Below, in pieces: positions 8,107-16,439 of a stretch of 33,979 nt of DNA. Location: assembly GCA_017958265.1 (NCBI GenBank), contig JAGDDB010000173.1, forward strand, positions 1 through 33,979. Direction: 5' to 3'. The position numbers were made by a program, and so were the translations under genes. This DNA comes from Oscillospiraceae bacterium (GTDB lineage Bacteria; Bacillota; Clostridia; Oscillospirales; Oscillospiraceae). The first letter of the stretch is position 1. Every line of letters starts with the position of its first letter. The notes under the pieces are model-generated. The model did not search any database. It worked only from the letters and a program-made list of their open reading frames with translations, and was not told the DNA's origin.

Positions 8107-9275
8107 AAAAGAAGGCGATCGATTTTATTACGCAAGGCGTCCGCCTGAGAGCGGAGGGCGGACAAACGGAGAGGTTCCTCAATGAACTTGCGCTGAGACA
8201 GCTGTATTTCCGCAATGCGGCGCGGGAAGGCGGCGGCATCTGCCTGACGGTAAACCGAATCGATCTTAAAGGCGTCGAGGCCACGGCGGCAGACTGCGGC
8301 ATACGCCTTGAAACGCTGAAAAAGACCGGCCTGTTCACACTGCTTGCACGGCTGAAAAAGCGTTATGTCCTTATAGGACTGTCGCTCGCGCTGCTCGTAT
8401 GGGTTTTTCACATGTCGGACATGATATGGGAGATCAGAGTGAGCGGCAACGATAAAGTGAGCTCATCGGAAATACTCCAGCAGCTCGGGGAACTCGGCGT
8501 GGGAATAGGCACGAACGGTACGCGCATAGACAATCGCAGGGTCAGAAGCGTCATGCTCGAGCGCATCAGAGAACTCAGCTGGCTTACCGTTCGCGTCAAC
8601 GGGAGCAGAGCGGAGGTTATCGTAAGGGAACGCAGACCGAGACCGGAGCTGATAGACGGGAGCAAGGCGGCGGATATCATTGCCGGGAAAACGGGCATGA
8701 TAGAAAACATAGCCGCTCTCGAGGGCCGCGCTCTCGTGAAAAAGGGTGACATGGTCCTCGCCGGACAGACGCTTATAAGCGGAGAGCTTACGGACCTGCA
8801 GGGAGAAAAACGAACAGTCAGAGCGCTCGGAGACGTATCGGCCAGGACGTGGTACACTCTCGGAGCGCAGACGCCCTCGGAATATTCGGAAAAAAGCTAT
8901 ACCGGCAGAAAACATTCGTCGGTAAGCATTAAAATATGCGATTTGAAGATCAATTTGTATTTTGACAGTGGAATTCCTTATAGGTTTTATGATAAAATGA
9001 CAACGGAAAAAAGATCGGAGCTCTTGGGAATGGCGCTGCCGTTCTCGATCATAAAAAGCGAATATTACGAGTATGTCCCTATAAGCGCGCAGACAGATAC
9101 GCAGCAGGCCGAGGATATGCTCAGACAAAGGCTGCTCACGGTGCTGGACGGACGCACCGGGGGCGCTGAGGTCACGCAGACCGTATTCGATACGTTTGCG
9201 GAAGACGGGGCCGTAAAGGTCCGGCTGACCGCCGAGTGCCTGGAACAGATAGGCGAGGCAAGATTTACGGAATGA
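8103..9275 (+). CDS. yqfD: Sporulation protein YqfD
   Basis: 390 aa with one central TM segment (YVLIGLSLALLVWVF). It sits immediately after yqfC and before phoH, as in Bacillus and Clostridium. Confidence 0.8.
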   Translation: MKKKAIDFITQGVRLRAEGGQTERFLNELALRQLYFRNAAREGGGICLTVNRIDLKGVEATAADCGIRLETLKKTGLFTLLARLKKRYVLIGLSLALLVWVFHMSDMIWEIRVSGNDKVSSSEILQQLGELGVGIGTNGTRIDNRRVRSVMLERIRELSWLTVRVNGSRAEVIVRERRPRPELIDGSKAADIIAGKTGMIENIAALEGRALVKKGDMVLAGQTLISGELTDLQGEKRTVRALGDVSARTWYTLGAQTPSEYSEKSYTGRKHSSVSIKICDLKINLYFDSGIPYRFYDKMTTEKRSELLGMALPFSIIKSEYYEYVPISAQTDTQQAEDMLRQRLLTVLDGRTGGAEVTQTVFDTFAEDGAVKVRLTAECLEQIGEARFTE

Positions 9276-9353
9276 CCGCGCCGTACCGCCGGACGGCGGA
9301 TGAATGATCATGTCCCGATGACATGAAATACGATACCGGAGAGAATGCTGCAG

Positions 9354-10349
9354 ATGAGCGAGATATCTATCGGAATAGAGAGAATGGAAAACCTTATAAA
9401 CGTGTTCGGCTCTTTTGACGAAAATCTGAAAATAATAGAGGAAGAGCTGAACGTAAAAATAGTGGACAGAGACGCGGAGATACACGTTTCCGGTGACGGG
9501 GAAGCCCTGCTTTACGCCGAGCGGGCCATCAACGGCCTTATAAGCCTCGCATCGCGAGGAGAGACCATTACGCCTCAGTCCGTAAGATATATCCTCAAGC
9601 TCGCGTGTGAGGGGAAAACGGATAAGATCTCCGATATGGCCGACGATGTTGTTTGCATCACGGCGAAGGGACGCGCCATAAAGGCGAAGACTCTCGGGCA
9701 GAAAACATATATCGACGCCGTCAAGAACAATACCGTTACTCTTGCCGTAGGTCCGGCGGGCACCGGAAAAACCTATCTTGCGGTGGCCTGCGCCGTGACC
9801 GCTTTCCGGGCAAAGCAGGTAAACCGCATCATCCTTACCCGTCCCGCCGTGGAGGCCGGAGAAAAGCTGGGCTTTCTGCCCGGAGATCTGCAGAATAAGG
9901 TCGACCCGTATCTCAGGCCGCTCAATGACGCGCTTTTCGACATGCTCGGCGCCGAGACATACGCCAAATATCTTGAAAAAGGGAATATCGAGGTGGCGCC
10001 GCTGGCTTATATGCGCGGCCGGACCCTGGATGATTCTTTCATCATTCTCGACGAAGCGCAGAATACTTCGCGCGAGCAGATGAAGATGTTTCTTACCAGG
10101 ATAGGCTTCGGCTCAAAAGCCGTAATAACCGGAGATATAACCCAGATAGATCTTCCGCAGGACAAGGTCAGCGGCCTGAAGGAAGTCATGAACATCCTTA
10201 AGAACATAGACGACATCGAGATATGCCGCCTTACCGGTGACGACGTTGTAAGACATGTGCTGGTGCAGAAGATAATCGAGGCATACGAGAAATATGAAAA
10301 ATCGATGCCTACGGAGCGCAGCGCGCCGGGAGCGAGAAGGCACAGATGA
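9354..10349 (+). CDS. phoH: PhoH-family ATPase
   Basis: Walker A GPAGTGKTYLA and a PhoH core (ILTRPAVEAGEKLGFLPGDL, ILDEAQN). Track ORF starts at 9345; SD GGAGAG (9338-9343) favours the second ATG at 9354. Confidence 0.9.
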   Translation: MSEISIGIERMENLINVFGSFDENLKIIEEELNVKIVDRDAEIHVSGDGEALLYAERAINGLISLASRGETITPQSVRYILKLACEGKTDKISDMADDVVCITAKGRAIKAKTLGQKTYIDAVKNNTVTLAVGPAGTGKTYLAVACAVTAFRAKQVNRIILTRPAVEAGEKLGFLPGDLQNKVDPYLRPLNDALFDMLGAETYAKYLEKGNIEVAPLAYMRGRTLDDSFIILDEAQNTSREQMKMFLTRIGFGSKAVITGDITQIDLPQDKVSGLKEVMNILKNIDDIEICRLTGDDVVRHVLVQKIIEAYEKYEKSMPTERSAPGARRHR

Positions 10350-10825
10350 GGCACAGAATAATCATCGGCGGCGCGGAAGGACGGGATCGCGCCTGCGTCA
10401 GACTGATAAGGAAAAGTATCGCGGCGGCTCTGAAGGCCGAAAAAGTTAATGTCAGGTGCGAGATAAACGTACTTCTCACGGACGACGAGGGCATACGCGA
10501 AATAAACAGGAATATGCGCGGCGTGGACAAGGCGACGGATGTGCTGTCCTTCCCGATGTTTGATTTTTCGCCCGGTGCTTTCAGCGCCGCGGACGGACAG
10601 GCCGATCCGCTGAGCCGATTTATGCCGCTGGGCGATATGGCGCTGAATATGGACAGGGTCCGCAGTCAGGGAGAGGAATACGGACACGGAGAAAAGCGGG
10701 AGACGGCATATCTTACCGTTCACAGCATGCTTCATCTGCTCGGTTACGACCATGAGGATGAGGGAGAGAATAAAAAGCTGATGCGTTCACGGGAAAAAGA
10801 AATAATGAAGACCATTAGGATCTGA
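10346..10825 (+). CDS. ybeY: rRNA maturation endoribonuclease YbeY
   Basis: HSMLHLLGYDH metal-binding motif. The start overlaps the phoH stop (ATGA). Confidence 0.9.
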   Translation: MRHRIIIGGAEGRDRACVRLIRKSIAAALKAEKVNVRCEINVLLTDDEGIREINRNMRGVDKATDVLSFPMFDFSPGAFSAADGQADPLSRFMPLGDMALNMDRVRSQGEEYGHGEKRETAYLTVHSMLHLLGYDHEDEGENKKLMRSREKEIMKTIRI

Positions 10826-10837
10826 AGGCAGAGAGAA

Positions 10838-11734
10838 ATGAATATTACGAAAACAGCGGTATTTACAATCGTAGGCAGACCGAATACGGGAAAATCCACG
10901 CTCGCTAACAGGATTGCGGGAGAAAAAATCGCAATAGTCAGCAACAAGCCGCAGACTACGCGCGGCCGTATTTACGCGGTATGCAGCCGCGGCGACACCC
11001 AGCTCGTATTCCTGGATACGCCCGGCTTCCACAAGCCCAGGAACGCTTTGGACGAGTATATGGTCAAGGTCGTCAAAAACAGTGTCGGAGACGGCGGCGA
11101 CGCAATACTCATGATGGTGGAGCCGATAGCCAATATCGGACAGCAGGAAGCGGAACTGATATCGATGATACGCTCTTCGGGACTGCCGGCCATACTGGTT
11201 ATCAACAAGATCGACACCGTCGGCAGGGAAAGCCTGCTTACTGTAATGGATATATATTCCAAAGCCTATGGATTCGAGCATATAATCCACATATCGGCGG
11301 CGACGGGAGACGGCTTTGACGGACTGATGGACGAGCTTGCAAAATACGCGCAGGATGGTCCCGCTCTGTTTCCGGAGGATATGGTCACCGATCAGCCGGA
11401 CCGTCAGATAGTGGCTGAGATAGTGCGCGAAAAGCTGCTGTACTGTCTTGAACACGAGATACCGCACGGTACCGCCGTTGAGGTAACGAAATTCTCCGAG
11501 CGCGAGGACAGCGGGATCATCGATCTTGACGTTACGATATACTGCGAGAAAGCCGGGCATAAACGGATCATCATCGGCAAAAACGGCGCGATGCTGAAAA
11601 AGATAGGCGAGCTTGCCCGGCGTGATGTGGAAAGGTATATGGGAACAAAGGTTTTCCTGCAAAGCTGGGTCAAGGTAAAGGAAAACTGGCGTGACAGCGG
11701 CGCAATGCTGCGAAACTTCGGATACAATGAGTAA
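10838..11734 (+). CDS. era: GTPase Era
   Basis: G1 GRPNTGKST, G3 DTPG, G4 NKID, and a C-terminal KH domain. Confidence 0.95.
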   Translation: MNITKTAVFTIVGRPNTGKSTLANRIAGEKIAIVSNKPQTTRGRIYAVCSRGDTQLVFLDTPGFHKPRNALDEYMVKVVKNSVGDGGDAILMMVEPIANIGQQEAELISMIRSSGLPAILVINKIDTVGRESLLTVMDIYSKAYGFEHIIHISAATGDGFDGLMDELAKYAQDGPALFPEDMVTDQPDRQIVAEIVREKLLYCLEHEIPHGTAVEVTKFSEREDSGIIDLDVTIYCEKAGHKRIIIGKNGAMLKKIGELARRDVERYMGTKVFLQSWVKVKENWRDSGAMLRNFGYNE

Positions 11735-12479
11735 TACGGCGGTAGTGCGCGGGCTGGTGCTGCGTCAGGCGGAATACAAAGAGAGCAGCCGTATGCTCAC
11801 CGTGCTGACCGACGGTATGGGGAAGATCCCCGTGTCGGCAAGAGGCGCGGGACGCAGAGGCAGCCGCACGGCTGCGGCGAGCCAGCTTTTCGCCTTTTCG
11901 GAGATGACGCTTTCTCAAAGCCGTGACCGCTGGTATCTTAACGACGCAAATACAATAGAACTTTTCCGGGGTCTGACCGAGGATATAGCCGCTTTTGCGC
12001 TCGGCGCGTATTTTCTGGATCTGATGGACGCGGTATGCCAGGAGGGCGTGGATGAGCCGGAGATACTCTCGCTCGGGCTGAGAGCCCTGTGGCTGCTCAG
12101 CGAAGGAAAAAAGGAACGCGCATTGATCAAATGCTCCTTTGAACTCAGACTTATGTCTCTGCTCGGATACAGGCCGGAGCTTGAACGCTGCGCCGGGTGC
12201 GCTGCCGAGGATATCGACGCTCCCGTGCTCGACCTGCGCGGGGGAGAACTGTACTGCGCAGCATGCGCGGAAAAGCATGCTCTCTCTCCGAGAAAGCTCT
12301 GCGGCGGTTCGCTCAGCGCCATGCGGTATATTGTGCTTGCCCAGGACGGAAAGGAATTCTCTTTTTCCCTTAAAGACGCGCCCCTCAAGCGCCTTGGAGC
12401 GACGTCCGAAGCCTATGTAAGAGAGCAGCTTGAAAGAAGCTTTGCGTCGCTGGCGTATTATAAGGGAATAGAAGGTTAA
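11727..12479 (+). CDS. recO: DNA repair protein RecO
   Basis: OB-fold N-terminus (VRGLVLRQAEYKESSRMLTVLT) and a zinc motif CAGC...CAAC. ATG 11727 overlaps the era stop by 8 nt; the track ORF starts at 11691. Confidence 0.85.
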   Translation: MSNTAVVRGLVLRQAEYKESSRMLTVLTDGMGKIPVSARGAGRRGSRTAAASQLFAFSEMTLSQSRDRWYLNDANTIELFRGLTEDIAAFALGAYFLDLMDAVCQEGVDEPEILSLGLRALWLLSEGKKERALIKCSFELRLMSLLGYRPELERCAGCAAEDIDAPVLDLRGGELYCAACAEKHALSPRKLCGGSLSAMRYIVLAQDGKEFSFSLKDAPLKRLGATSEAYVREQLERSFASLAYYKGIEG

Positions 12480-12501
12480 AACAAGGAACGGCCATAATAA
12501 A

Positions 12502-14871
12502 ATGGAACTTTATGAAAAGTCACTGAAAATTCTTGAACTGCCTGCTGTTCTGTCCATGCTCGCGGAGGAAACCGTTTGCCAAAGCGCGGCTGAACAGGCG
12601 TCGGGGCTGCTTCCGAGCGGCGAGATATTCGAAATAAGAAGCAGACTGGAAGAAACCGGGGACGCAAAGCGGCTCATATCGCTTAAAGGGACGCCCCCGC
12701 TGTCGTCGATACGCGATGTATGCGCGTCGCTCATGCGCGCAAGGATGGGCGGCATGCTGAATACCAGAGAGCTGCTTGACATAGCCGAGCTGCTTCGCGC
12801 CGCGAGGAGGCTCAAGGCGTGGGCGGGAGATGAGAGCGACAGCCTTAAAGGACTTTTCGCCTCTCTTGCGGCTAATAAATTTCTCGAAGAAAAGATAAGC
12901 TCTTCCATAATCGGAGAGGACGAGATCGCCGACGCGGCAAGCTCGGAGCTCGCGTCCATAAGGCGGCACATGCGGGCGGCCAATGCGCGGATACGCGATG
13001 TGCTGCAAAAGATCATAAGCTCGCCGACTTATGCCAAAGCATTGCAGGATCCGATAATAACGATGAGGGCGGACAGATATGTCGTTCCCGTCAAGGCGGA
13101 GCAGAAGGGCGTTATAAACGGTCTTGTCCACGATGTATCCGGCAGCGGACAGACGGTGTTTATCGAGCCGATGCAGGTGGTGCAGGCAAACAACGAGATA
13201 CGCGAGCTGCAGGCCAAGGAAAAAAAGGAGATCGAGCGCATACTCATGGAGCTGTCCGCCGAGGCGGCTTCCTTTGAGGAAGATATAGTCTGTGATTTCA
13301 ACGTTCTGGTAAAGCTGGATCTGATATTTGCAAAAGCCAAGCTCTCTTACCGCATGAAGGCCGACGCTCCGGAGATAAACGAGCGCGGCGCGGTAAGGCT
13401 GAAAAGAGCGAGACATCCGCTGATAGACACGCGCCGGGCCGTTCCGATAGATATCGCTGTCGGGGACGATTTCGACACGCTCATAATAACGGGCCCCAAT
13501 ACGGGCGGCAAGACGGTCAGTCTGAAAACCCTGGGCCTGCACTGCGTCATGGCGGCATGCGGGCTACACATACCCGCCGAGTACGGAAGCACCGTCCCGG
13601 TATTCAAAAAAATATTCGCGGATATCGGCGACGAGCAAAGCATCGAGCAGTCGCTGTCGACATTTTCTTCGCACATGAGGAACATAGTGGGCATGCTTGC
13701 CGAGACCGATGAAGATACGCTGGTGCTTTTCGATGAACTCGGAGCGGGCACGGATCCCGCCGAGGGCGCCGCTTTGGCTATTTCCGTGATAGAATATGCG
13801 CGCGCGAAAGGGGCGCGCATAGCCGCCACGACCCATTATGCCGAGCTGAAGATATACGCGACCTCGGCCGACGGAGTAATGAACGCTTCATGTGAATTCG
13901 ATGTGGAGACGCTCAGGCCGACATACAGACTGCTGATGGGCATACCCGGCAAATCAAACGCATTCGAGATATCAAGAAGGCTCGGCCTGGACGAAAGCAT
14001 CATAAACGACGCAAAGACAAGGCTGGACAGCGGAAGCGCCGATTTCGAGCAGGTGCTTGCCGTGCTGCAGGAAGAGCGGCAGAAAATGGAAAAGGAACAG
14101 CTTGAGCTTCAAAGGCTGCGTGCGGCCGCCGAGCAGGATGCCGCGGCCGCCGCCGAGCTGAGAAAGAAGCTCGAGTCGGAGAGAGAAAAGGCGGGAGCAA
14201 AAGCGAGAAGGGACGCCGATATGCTCCTGCAGGAAGCCAGACGAGTTTCGGAAGAGGTATTCAGCGAACTCAACGAAATGCGCAGGCATGCCGCGGACGC
14301 CGAAAATGCCAAGCAGATCAACGATGCGAGAGTGGAACTCGTGAAAAAACTCAATTCCGCTCAGGAGGCTCTCGGCATACGCGATGAAGAAGAGCCGGAG
14401 CAGGCGGAAAACAGAAGACCGATAAAGGCTGGAGACGCCGTGGAGCTTATACGGATAGGCAAACAGGCGGAGGTCATATCCGTATCGGGCGACGGAACGC
14501 TTACGCTTCAGGCAGGTATAATGCGTGTCACCGCAGCTCCGGGAGAGGTTAGACTGCTGGAAGGCCGCAAAACCGAAAAAGCAAAATATATGGAAAGATC
14601 CCAGGCAAAGCTGAGGACACTTTCGGTCAGCCCGGAGGTCGATCTGCGCGGACTGGACGCACAGGAAGCCGTTTCGGTGCTGGAACGTTATCTCGACGGC
14701 GCCATGCAGGCGAATTTGAATTCCGTGAGGATCATACACGGAAAGGGAACGGGAGTTCTTCGCAATGCCGTCAGAGACGCGCTGAAAAGAAACAAGTCCG
14801 TTAAATCCTTCCGCCTGGGCCGATACGGAGAGGGGGAAAGCGGAGTTACGATAGCCGAGTTTAAGACATAA
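12502..14871 (+). CDS. mutS2: Endonuclease MutS2 (MutS ATPase + Smr domain)
   Basis: Walker A GPNTGGKT, a long coiled-coil, and a C-terminal Smr domain (DLRGL...IIHGKGTGVLR). Confidence 0.95.
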   Translation: MELYEKSLKILELPAVLSMLAEETVCQSAAEQASGLLPSGEIFEIRSRLEETGDAKRLISLKGTPPLSSIRDVCASLMRARMGGMLNTRELLDIAELLRAARRLKAWAGDESDSLKGLFASLAANKFLEEKISSSIIGEDEIADAASSELASIRRHMRAANARIRDVLQKIISSPTYAKALQDPIITMRADRYVVPVKAEQKGVINGLVHDVSGSGQTVFIEPMQVVQANNEIRELQAKEKKEIERILMELSAEAASFEEDIVCDFNVLVKLDLIFAKAKLSYRMKADAPEINERGAVRLKRARHPLIDTRRAVPIDIAVGDDFDTLIITGPNTGGKTVSLKTLGLHCVMAACGLHIPAEYGSTVPVFKKIFADIGDEQSIEQSLSTFSSHMRNIVGMLAETDEDTLVLFDELGAGTDPAEGAALAISVIEYARAKGARIAATTHYAELKIYATSADGVMNASCEFDVETLRPTYRLLMGIPGKSNAFEISRRLGLDESIINDAKTRLDSGSADFEQVLAVLQEERQKMEKEQLELQRLRAAAEQDAAAAAELRKKLESEREKAGAKARRDADMLLQEARRVSEEVFSELNEMRRHAADAENAKQINDARVELVKKLNSAQEALGIRDEEEPEQAENRRPIKAGDAVELIRIGKQAEVISVSGDGTLTLQAGIMRVTAAPGEVRLLEGRKTEKAKYMERSQAKLRTLSVSPEVDLRGLDAQEAVSVLERYLDGAMQANLNSVRIIHGKGTGVLRNAVRDALKRNKSVKSFRLGRYGEGESGVTIAEFKT

Positions 14872-14919
14872 TGCTAAAAGAAATTTGATTTGTAACATAT
14901 TTATAAGCAAGTTTGACCA

Positions 14920-14948
14920 TTGACGCACCGTGCTTATTTTGCTAAAAT
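14920..14948 (+). promoter_or_regulatory. Sigma-A promoter for the HPr gene
   Basis: TTGACG (14920-14925), 17-nt spacer, TAAAAT (14943-14948). Confidence 0.6.
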
Positions 14949-14993
14949 CATAATATCGGGCGTATGGTTTTATATGAGAAAGGTGTGCTTTTG

Positions 14994-15269
14994 ATGTATA
15001 CGAAAACAATGGTAGTAAACAACGAGGTAGGGCTTCACGCCAGGTCCGCTACTTTCTTTGTTCAGAAGGCCAACGAATATAAATGCGCGGTATGGATAGA
15101 AAAAGATGAACGCAGAGCAAATGCGAAAAGTCTGCTTGGGGTTCTCTCGCTCGGTATAGTCAAAGGCACCGAGGTGACCGTCGGAGCGGACGGTACCGAC
15201 GAGATCAGCGCAGTTAACGGGTTGGAAGAACTCGTAGAGTCCAATTTCAAAGAATTTGAGACAAAATAA
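14994..15269 (+). CDS. ptsH: Phosphocarrier protein HPr
   Basis: From ATG 14994 the protein has His15 in GLHARSA and Ser46 in NAKSLLGV. SD GAAAGG lies upstream. No ptsI is adjacent. Confidence 0.9.
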   Translation: MYTKTMVVNNEVGLHARSATFFVQKANEYKCAVWIEKDERRANAKSLLGVLSLGIVKGTEVTVGADGTDEISAVNGLEELVESNFKEFETK

Positions 15270-15293
15270 ACCTTTGCATTATATTATTTTGAC

Positions 15294-15330
15294 AAGCGGG
15301 GAGAGAGCTGTTTCCCCGCTTGTTTTTTTT
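15294..15330 (+). terminator. Rho-independent terminator after HPr
   Basis: AAGCGGGGA (15294-15302) pairs with TCCCCGCTT (15313-15321), followed by a T-rich tail GTTTTTTTT to 15330. Confidence 0.8.
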
Positions 15331-15503
15331 GCGCGCAGGCGTGACTTCAAAAGGAAAAAATTTACATAAATTACCAATTTGCTATTGCGTTTATTGACAA
15401 CTTATGGTAAATTATCATATGCAAACGAGGCTCAGGAGCTTGAAATAAAAATAAAAGTCCGCCGAACGTTGTAATACGATCTATCAAACGGAGGAATGGG
15501 AAG

Positions 15504-16304
15504 TTGGACAAATCTGTTAAGCTGATTATTGCGGATGCCAGCGAGGATTTCATGAAGCTTTGCTGCGAGGCGGCGTCCGCCGAAGAGGACATAGAGCTCC
15601 TGGGCGCTGCATGCGACGAAGAGGAAGCGCTGAAGATGTGTGCGGAGCTTCGTCCCGACGTTCTGCTGATGGACATGGTGCTGCCGAAGGCGGACGGTTA
15701 CGGAGTGCTGAAAAATCTGAGCAGAAACGGCGACGGATATCCCGCCGTAATAGTCCTTTCGGCCTTTTATAATCAGCGTATAGTCGCGGATGCGGCGGCG
15801 CTCGGGGCGTATTATTTCATTTCAAAGCCCTGTGATTTTGAAGAGCTTTTTGACCGTGTCAGAAGTGTGGGCAGGGCAAGCGACAGCAATGTGGGCATGG
15901 TAAGCCTTCAGGGAGCCGGCAAGATAAAGCCCGAGCAGCGCATAGAGGCAATGGTGACCGAGGTGATACATGAGATAGGCATTCCCGCCCATATCAAGGG
16001 GTATCAGTATATAAGAGAAGCTATAGTGCAGACCGTGAAGGACATGGATCTTATAAACGCCGTTACAAAGGCACTTTATCCCATGGTGGCAAAGAAATTC
16101 GGCACGACTTCTTCGCGCGTTGAACGCGCCATACGCCATGCAATAGAGGTCGCGTGGGACAGAGGCGATATAGAAGTGCTTCAGAAATATTTCGGCTACA
16201 CCGTATCGGGAACAAAGGGAAAGCCGACGAACAGCGAGTTTATCGCACTGATATCGGACCGACTGCAGCTGAGACTGAAAGAGCTCGGCGTGCAGCTCAG
16301 TTGA
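15504..16304 (+). CDS. spo0A: Sporulation master regulator Spo0A
   Basis: Receiver domain with D57 in [12 protein letters not shown]. The C-terminal Spo0A-specific DNA-binding domain carries [20 protein letters not shown] and [18 protein letters not shown] start lies 9 nt after GGAGG. Confidence 0.95.
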   Translation: MDKSVKLIIADASEDFMKLCCEAASAEEDIELLGAACDEEEALKMCAELRPDVLLMDMVLPKADGYGVLKNLSRNGDGYPAVIVLSAFYNQRIVADAAALGAYYFISKPCDFEELFDRVRSVGRASDSNVGMVSLQGAGKIKPEQRIEAMVTEVIHEIGIPAHIKGYQYIREAIVQTVKDMDLINAVTKALYPMVAKKFGTTSSRVERAIRHAIEVAWDRGDIEVLQKYFGYTVSGTKGKPTNSEFIALISDRLQLRLKELGVQLS

Positions 16305-16320
16305 ACGTAATAAAATGATC

Positions 16321-16352
16321 AGCCGGATGCGCGGTGCGCGTCCGGCTTTTTT
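16321..16352 (+). terminator. Rho-independent terminator after spo0A
   Basis: AGCCGGA...TCCGGCT stem with an inner GC pairing, then TTTTTT. Confidence 0.8.
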
Positions 16353-16371
16353 ATTTGTCCGAAGATGCCTG

Positions 16372-16400
16372 TTGCAATCCGCAGGGAAGTATGCTATTAT
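16372..16400 (+). promoter_or_regulatory. Sigma-A promoter of the radical-SAM operon
   Basis: TTGCAA (16372-16377), 17-nt spacer, TATTAT (16395-16400). Confidence 0.6.
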
Positions 16401-16409
16401 CAACGTAAT

Positions 16410-16423
16410 AGAACAAATGTTCG
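16410..16423. promoter_or_regulatory. LexA (DinR) SOS box / Cheo box
   Basis: AGAACAAATGTTCG has a perfect GAAC-N4-GTTC core with an A/T-only spacer. It lies 10 nt after the -10 element and 17 nt before ATG 16440. Confidence 0.65.
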
Positions 16424-16439
16424 ATTGCGGCGGTGAAAA

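Noticed and set aside
15350-15380. Sigma-H promoter for spo0A (AAAGGAAAA ... CCAATT)
   Set aside because: The -35-like AGGA is good, but the -10 element has CAAT instead of the conserved GAAT and the spacing is only approximate. It is too weak to call without 5'-end data.
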